Shown here: positions 59,401 through 64,000 of the stretch, in pieces
How the letters are laid out: every line of letters begins with the position of its first letter
Numbering within the stretch: the stretch's first letter is position 1
Source: Bilabrum cf. latius
Lineage: Eukaryota
NCBI GenBank assembly: GCA_965178125.1
Contig: OZ237762.1
Coordinates: forward strand, 372,001 to 436,000
Length of the DNA: 64,000 bases
Direction of reading: 5' to 3'
Position numbers and translations under genes: made by a program
The notes under the pieces: generated by a model
What the model was told of the DNA's origin: nothing
The model's database searches: none
The model's input: only the letters and a program-made list of their open reading frames with translations

Positions 59401-62400
59401 ACAGAATTCGGCGACCCCGGCTCCGCGTTGCTCGCGACTCTAGACCGTCCGCCGAGGCCACGAGTTCCCGGTGATTTGATCCCCGACCGGCCTCGGAAGC
59501 TGAGCAGGTTCGGGTTGCTGGCACTATGATCCTCCCCGCCAGCCACCTCGGATCGGAACGAGGAGATGCTAGCAGCCGTGGGTACTCGCATGAGCGATCT
59601 AGGCTGCTGGGTCGGGGCAGCCACCGGGGAACCAACGGGGGCCTTGTCGACGGGCATGTTGCCTGTCCCATCCTCGTGCTGCTTCTCTCCTTCCTCCAGT
59701 TCCTGTGCTTCGGCGTCGGGCTCCACGGCGCTCGTCAGTGTGCCAAGCGCATCTTTCCGGATCTGCGCCGTTCTGAGCGAATCCTCGTGCATCTGACGCA
59801 GCAGTCGCAGAGAGTACGCCTTAGATAGGGCAAGTGCCGACATGGGCGCATGGGCTGCAATGGGCACGAGAGCTGGCAGCGTGCCAGCGCGCACAATCGC
59901 GCGCCTGCACGACTGCGACCTGGATAGCCCTGCCACAACACGTACCGCATCCACGATGATGGGCAGCGGCAGCAGCGTGCTACTTGCGCTAGTGCTTTCA
60001 TGCAGATGCTGCAGAGACGTTGTCTCGTCCTCGGATCGATCTTCCATCCCACTCACGCTGCCTCCCAGTTGCGACTATGGCAATCCATGTCCTGTGCCCT
60101 CAGGCACGTCAGTCTCGCCTACAGCAGCAAGCCTAGGCGCCTGGTGGTGCAGGAACTTGGCGACTGTTGGACCGTCCCCGAGCGCCTCGCCCTCCAGTCC
60201 TACTGGAGATGCGGCCGAGGATTCGCTGATTGAAAAGAATCTTCCCTTGGCCCTACGAGCCTTGATGCTTTCCGCCGCGTGCACAACGATGGAAAACAGC
60301 CGATGGCTCACGTCCTGCTCGTTCACGAGACCACGCACCAGCTGGAATGGGTCGTTCCTCCTTGGTGCCAAGACGTGCATCATCGCACTCACCACACCAA
60401 GACGAACCATGATGCGAGACGCGAGTTCCCCGCCTCTGGCAGGCTTCTGGCCCTCGCTGAAAGCAGGCCCGCGCTGATCGGTGCCATCAGTCTGCTCATC
60501 TTCTGGTTCCTCGAACGTGCAGAGGTTTCGCAGCGCAGCGATGGCGAAGCTGATCACCTACACGGCGCGCTGGCAGAGGTGCGGCGCAGGTGTGCCGTCG
60601 GCCAGTGTGGGCCCTTTGCGCCTCTCCCGGGCCATCACGATGGCATCCAGAAGCATCTGCTGGCGCAGCTTCTCGTTTTCTTCTTCCTGCTTCCTGCGTG
60701 CGATCAGCGCCCGCTCCTTCTCCTCGTCTTCGAGTTGCCCGCCGACAACCGACTGCGACTGCGACTGCCCAGTGAACGTAAGCACCGTGTGCCTTCGGAC
60801 CGTGGGTGACTCAGGCGAACGCCCCGAAACACCCGCACTAGGCTCAGACGTCGACGTGGACTCCTGGTCCGACGCGGCAGGCGCCGGCGCGGGTGGCGGC
60901 TGCAGCGTGCGATACGCGATGTCAAGCAGGTGAAGAAGCGTGCGCACACCATCCCCAGTCGCTGTGCCAAACCGCTTCTGCCCCTCGGCCTGGTCCTCGT
61001 CCTCACCTGCGGATGATTTGCGTGCGGTATTTTCAGCGTGCCGCTCCTTGCTGTCTCTCGAGAACGGCACCTTCGAGATCGATGCTCCCGAGTCTCGGCG
61101 GCCGGTTTGTTCGCTCGTGTCCCCAGCTTCGCTCTTCAGTGCGTCGCCATCCAGCGGCTTTGATCGCGAACCCTTACCGCCGCGCTACTCGCCTGTTGCT
61201 GGTGCCCGGGCCTTAGGCAGCTTGACGTCGCCAGAACCCCGAATCAAATATTTTTTTGTGGAATCGTGGCAGGACAGGTTGTACAGGACATTTGCCGCCA
61301 GTACTGCCCTTTCGTCCAGGTCAGTAGGGAACAGCGCGCCTACGTACTCTTCGTAGGCCTTCGGGTCCCTCATCTTCTCGCCGCGGAGGTAGTACCGCGC
61401 GTGCTCCGGGGTACCGCGTGGTGCGAGGGGGTCGCCAACGTAGGCAGACTGATTTCCACCTCGAGTGCCTGACGCCACGCTGGATGAGTCGTCGTCGTGC
61501 ATCCCGGACGCCTCCTGAGACATGCGCCTCCCGCGGTTTTCTCCTCCCCCTTGTGCAGGAAGGGGACTTCCCATGGTGGTTTCAGCATGTACGGGCGGCT
61601 GGCAGGCCTTGGCATACCGCATGACAGCAGCGGTGATTCCCTGCTGACAGGCTCGGCTTGCCGTGTCCTCGTCCCCACAAGCCCTGGCGGCAGCGAGTAA
61701 ACACATGCGCGTGACTCTCGAGTCAGCGTGACAGCTGTCAAGCATGTGCCCCACCGCAATGGCAAGGCCATGTCTCCACGCCCACCCCGATTCGTTGTGG
61801 AACGATATGCGTCCGATTGCGACCGCCATCTTGCGAAGCGTCTTGCGCGCCCCGAGCACGGTCTACATCTAAGTCACAGCATGCGCTGCAATAAGCGCCT
61901 GTGTGTCCGTTGTGGTTGGACTCACGCATTGGGCTGCCGCTGCAGCATCTGCCTCAGATGGATACGAGCGCCCTCCATGCTATCCAGAGTGGCTCGCGCT
62001 CTGCACGGCAACACCAGTGGCGGACTGTTCCCCGAGCTTGGATGCGCGCCCGCTTGCGCCTGCAAGATCCGTTGAATCCGCGCTCTGACCGTGCTCATCG
62101 TCTTCGATGGACGCTTCCAAAATCTTGTCATCTTCCAAAGAGGAGTCGACAAACTCACGGGAGGCACCGCCGCCGCCGCCGCGGTTACCGTGCGATCCCA
62201 TCGGTGTGCGTGACCCTAGTCCCGCAGGCTGCGAGTTCTGCCTCCCGAACCCGTGCGTCTGCAGCCGCAGCCTCCTCGTGGCGGCCTAATATTTCTGATA
62301 GTACTAAGCAAATGCACTTGCGGCATTGGATGCCTCGACGGCGTGGTCCGCATAGCTGGCCGCAAGCGGCTCCATGGCGGGGTCTCCGGGTGCCCTGCCC

Positions 62401-64000
62401 TCAGGGCCAAAAGGACCCGACAGCTCCGTGATGGCAGGTACCGCTTCCGCAAACGCCCTGCCGCAGTAGCCCTTCAAGGCGCTTGTGATTCCATGCCTTG
62501 ACTGCACCAACCTAGTGAGACCTCGCACACACCTCCGCAAGATCCACGACGCAAACAGGAGGCTAGAAGAGTCCAGATCCGAACTGGCTGTGGCTTGGGT
62601 AGGAACAGCAGCGTCAGCCTCAAAGTCTCCACTCCCGTACGATTCGGCGTCCTAGTCTTCGCTTGCTACGCTTGACTTGGAGTGCTTGCGCTGCTTTCGC
62701 TCTACATCCGCTCTCGAAGAAGCCTTGTGCGCATTGAGCAGGGCGACGTAGCACAGACGGATGGCATCGCAGAACATATGCGTGACCCCATCTGCACTCA
62801 GCTTGTTGAGCGCTACCGCCTGTCGAGTAAGAGGTTCTGCGATCCTCGCAGCTGCAACGCACTGCAAGCGGGGACCCAGCCAAAACCACGATCCACGCAA
62901 GTCGTTCACAACGCTTGAAGCCAGCAGGGCCCTCCGCCCTGCGCCTGGATCACAGGCGATGTTGGCCAGCGCCTGCACGGCGCAGGTTGACACGAATGCA
63001 TCACGAGCGATGGTGCGCCTGCTCGGGCTGACGCCCTAGGCCTCTTCGTCTATCGAGACCGGTCGCAAGAGCCCAAGAATCGCAGGCACGCCCATGCCTC
63101 GGGCCAGAACGGGTCGATTACTGGGAGATGTGCTGAGGTTATAGAGAGTGGTGGCCAGCAGGCACCTCATGCTGCCCTGTGCGCGACGGGAAAGGTCTGC
63201 CAGGGCGAGCACGACGGGCGAGTCGAGCGCAGAGGCAGCCAACTCTGCCTCGCTGGCGACATCGGCAGCAGGCGTACCATCTGGCAAGCAAGTCAGCTGG
63301 ATGCCAGTCATGGCGGCCACATTGGCAAGCACTGACGGAAGCGGCTACTGGATGGAAGAGAGGTTGGCCAAGGCCTCGGCGCATTCGTGCCTCGTGCGCG
63401 GGCTGTCCGAGTCCTTCACAACCCTAACGAGTGCGTCCAACGCACCCTCTGCCAGTATGCGAGGCCTGTTCTCCGCCTGTCGACTGAGGTCCCGGATGGC
63501 CCTGGCACATTCCTGCCTCAGTGATCTTTGCATGAGCTTGGTCGCGAATCGCTCGTCAAGCACTGGCCCGCCCCAGCCGAAGCTGCGCCTGCTTGATCGG
63601 ATCTTCCTACCACTCGGGCCCACCTATGACGGCCTGCGGATTGGCTCTCCGTCCCTCACAAATGTAAGAATATCTCGCTCGCTGGAGCCGGGGATGATGC
63701 CCGAAGACCTCTTCTTCGTCAAGCCTCGCCTGGGAGCGTCAGTGGAGAATACTTGCGTCCCTGGTGCTGCGGGCTCGTTCTCCTGCGCCTTTGCGTAGTA
63801 TTCCATCGCAATGTGCTCGAATTCGGCCTAGCCGTCATCAGCCATGCCGGTGGGTATGTCCAGTCCCACGATGCTGTCCTTGCTATCTTTACTGCCTGCT
63901 CTTGACCTCTGGGCGTACGAAGAACGGCTAGCCGGTCGGTCAAATAGGGAACGTTTCGAGTCTTTCCTCATGGAATGCCTGCCTCGACTGCTGCTACCAT
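47409..64000 (-). CDS. Giant armadillo-repeat protein with C-terminal IQ-motif repeats, at least 5,530 codons, 5'-truncated by the window
   Basis: Twenty listed ORFs lie in one frame. Every interruption checked is TAG (32 counted) and the frame ends at TAA 47409-47411. ARM repeats include RILAEGALDALVRVV...RHECAEALANLS, QEAIASMFNLS..QLVDAGAVEALL and AQGLYNLSC...VAEEGAVDVFVRL. Confidence 0.85.
48203..49175 (-). repeat. 174-bp (58-aa) coding tandem repeat, about 5.6 copies, each with an IQ calmodulin-binding motif (IQAVARGRAAR)
   Basis: The anchor ggcctggatgcgagc recurs at 48285, 48459, 48633, 48807, 48981 and 49155, an exact 174-bp period. Confidence 0.92.

Noticed and set aside
1-64000. Region of pseudogenes or RIP-like C-to-T damage (CAG to TAG)
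   Set aside because: Decay or RIP should also create in-frame TAA/TGA and frameshifts. None was found among about 98 interruptions, and catalytic motifs downstream of the TAGs are intact.
1-64000. Systematic sequencing or methylation base-calling error
   Set aside because: Bases flanking the TAGs vary with no single motif. Not formally excluded without the reads.
1-64000. Mobile elements or endogenous virus/virophage genes
   Set aside because: No transposase, integrase, reverse transcriptase, capsid or terminal repeats were recognised, and there is no long low-GC island.

Overview
GC-rich, very gene-dense eukaryotic nuclear DNA: about 20 protein-coding genes cover roughly 57 of 64 kb, with a few GT-AG introns of 100-283 nt. 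A protist source is likely, possibly a stramenopile (inference). The main result is that the window does not use the standard genetic code. 17 of the 20 genes carry in-frame TAG codons (about 98 by manual count), I found no internal in-frame TAA or TGA, and every gene ends in TGA (16) or TAA (4). Where a TAG falls in a recognisable motif it usually sits at a conserved glutamine: IPK1 H-Q-x-x-K, P-Q-N-N and L-x-E-x-Q; uroporphyrinogen-III methyltransferase Q-E-E-I-N; PIG-H G-x-Q; cyclin T/L I-Q. The simplest reading is a nuclear code with UAG=Gln and UAA/UGA=stop, which uncouples UAG from UAA. Under this code the fragmented ORF track collapses into intact genes: TM9SF, uroporphyrinogen-III C-methyltransferase, a myristoylation-motif ARM-like protein, a multi-bromodomain protein, a RING protein, SCI1-like, IPK1, a PHO84-like transporter, PIG-H, a mucin-stalk surface protein, V-ATPase subunit d, an orphan membrane-anchored protein, two inverted PAQR paralogs, an SLC49-like MFS transporter, an unknown protein, a cyclin with a poly(Ala-Gly) tail, an ML/NPC2 protein, and a >5,500-codon ARM + IQ-repeat protein running off the right edge. 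Motif comparisons are from memory of the families; no database search was run.
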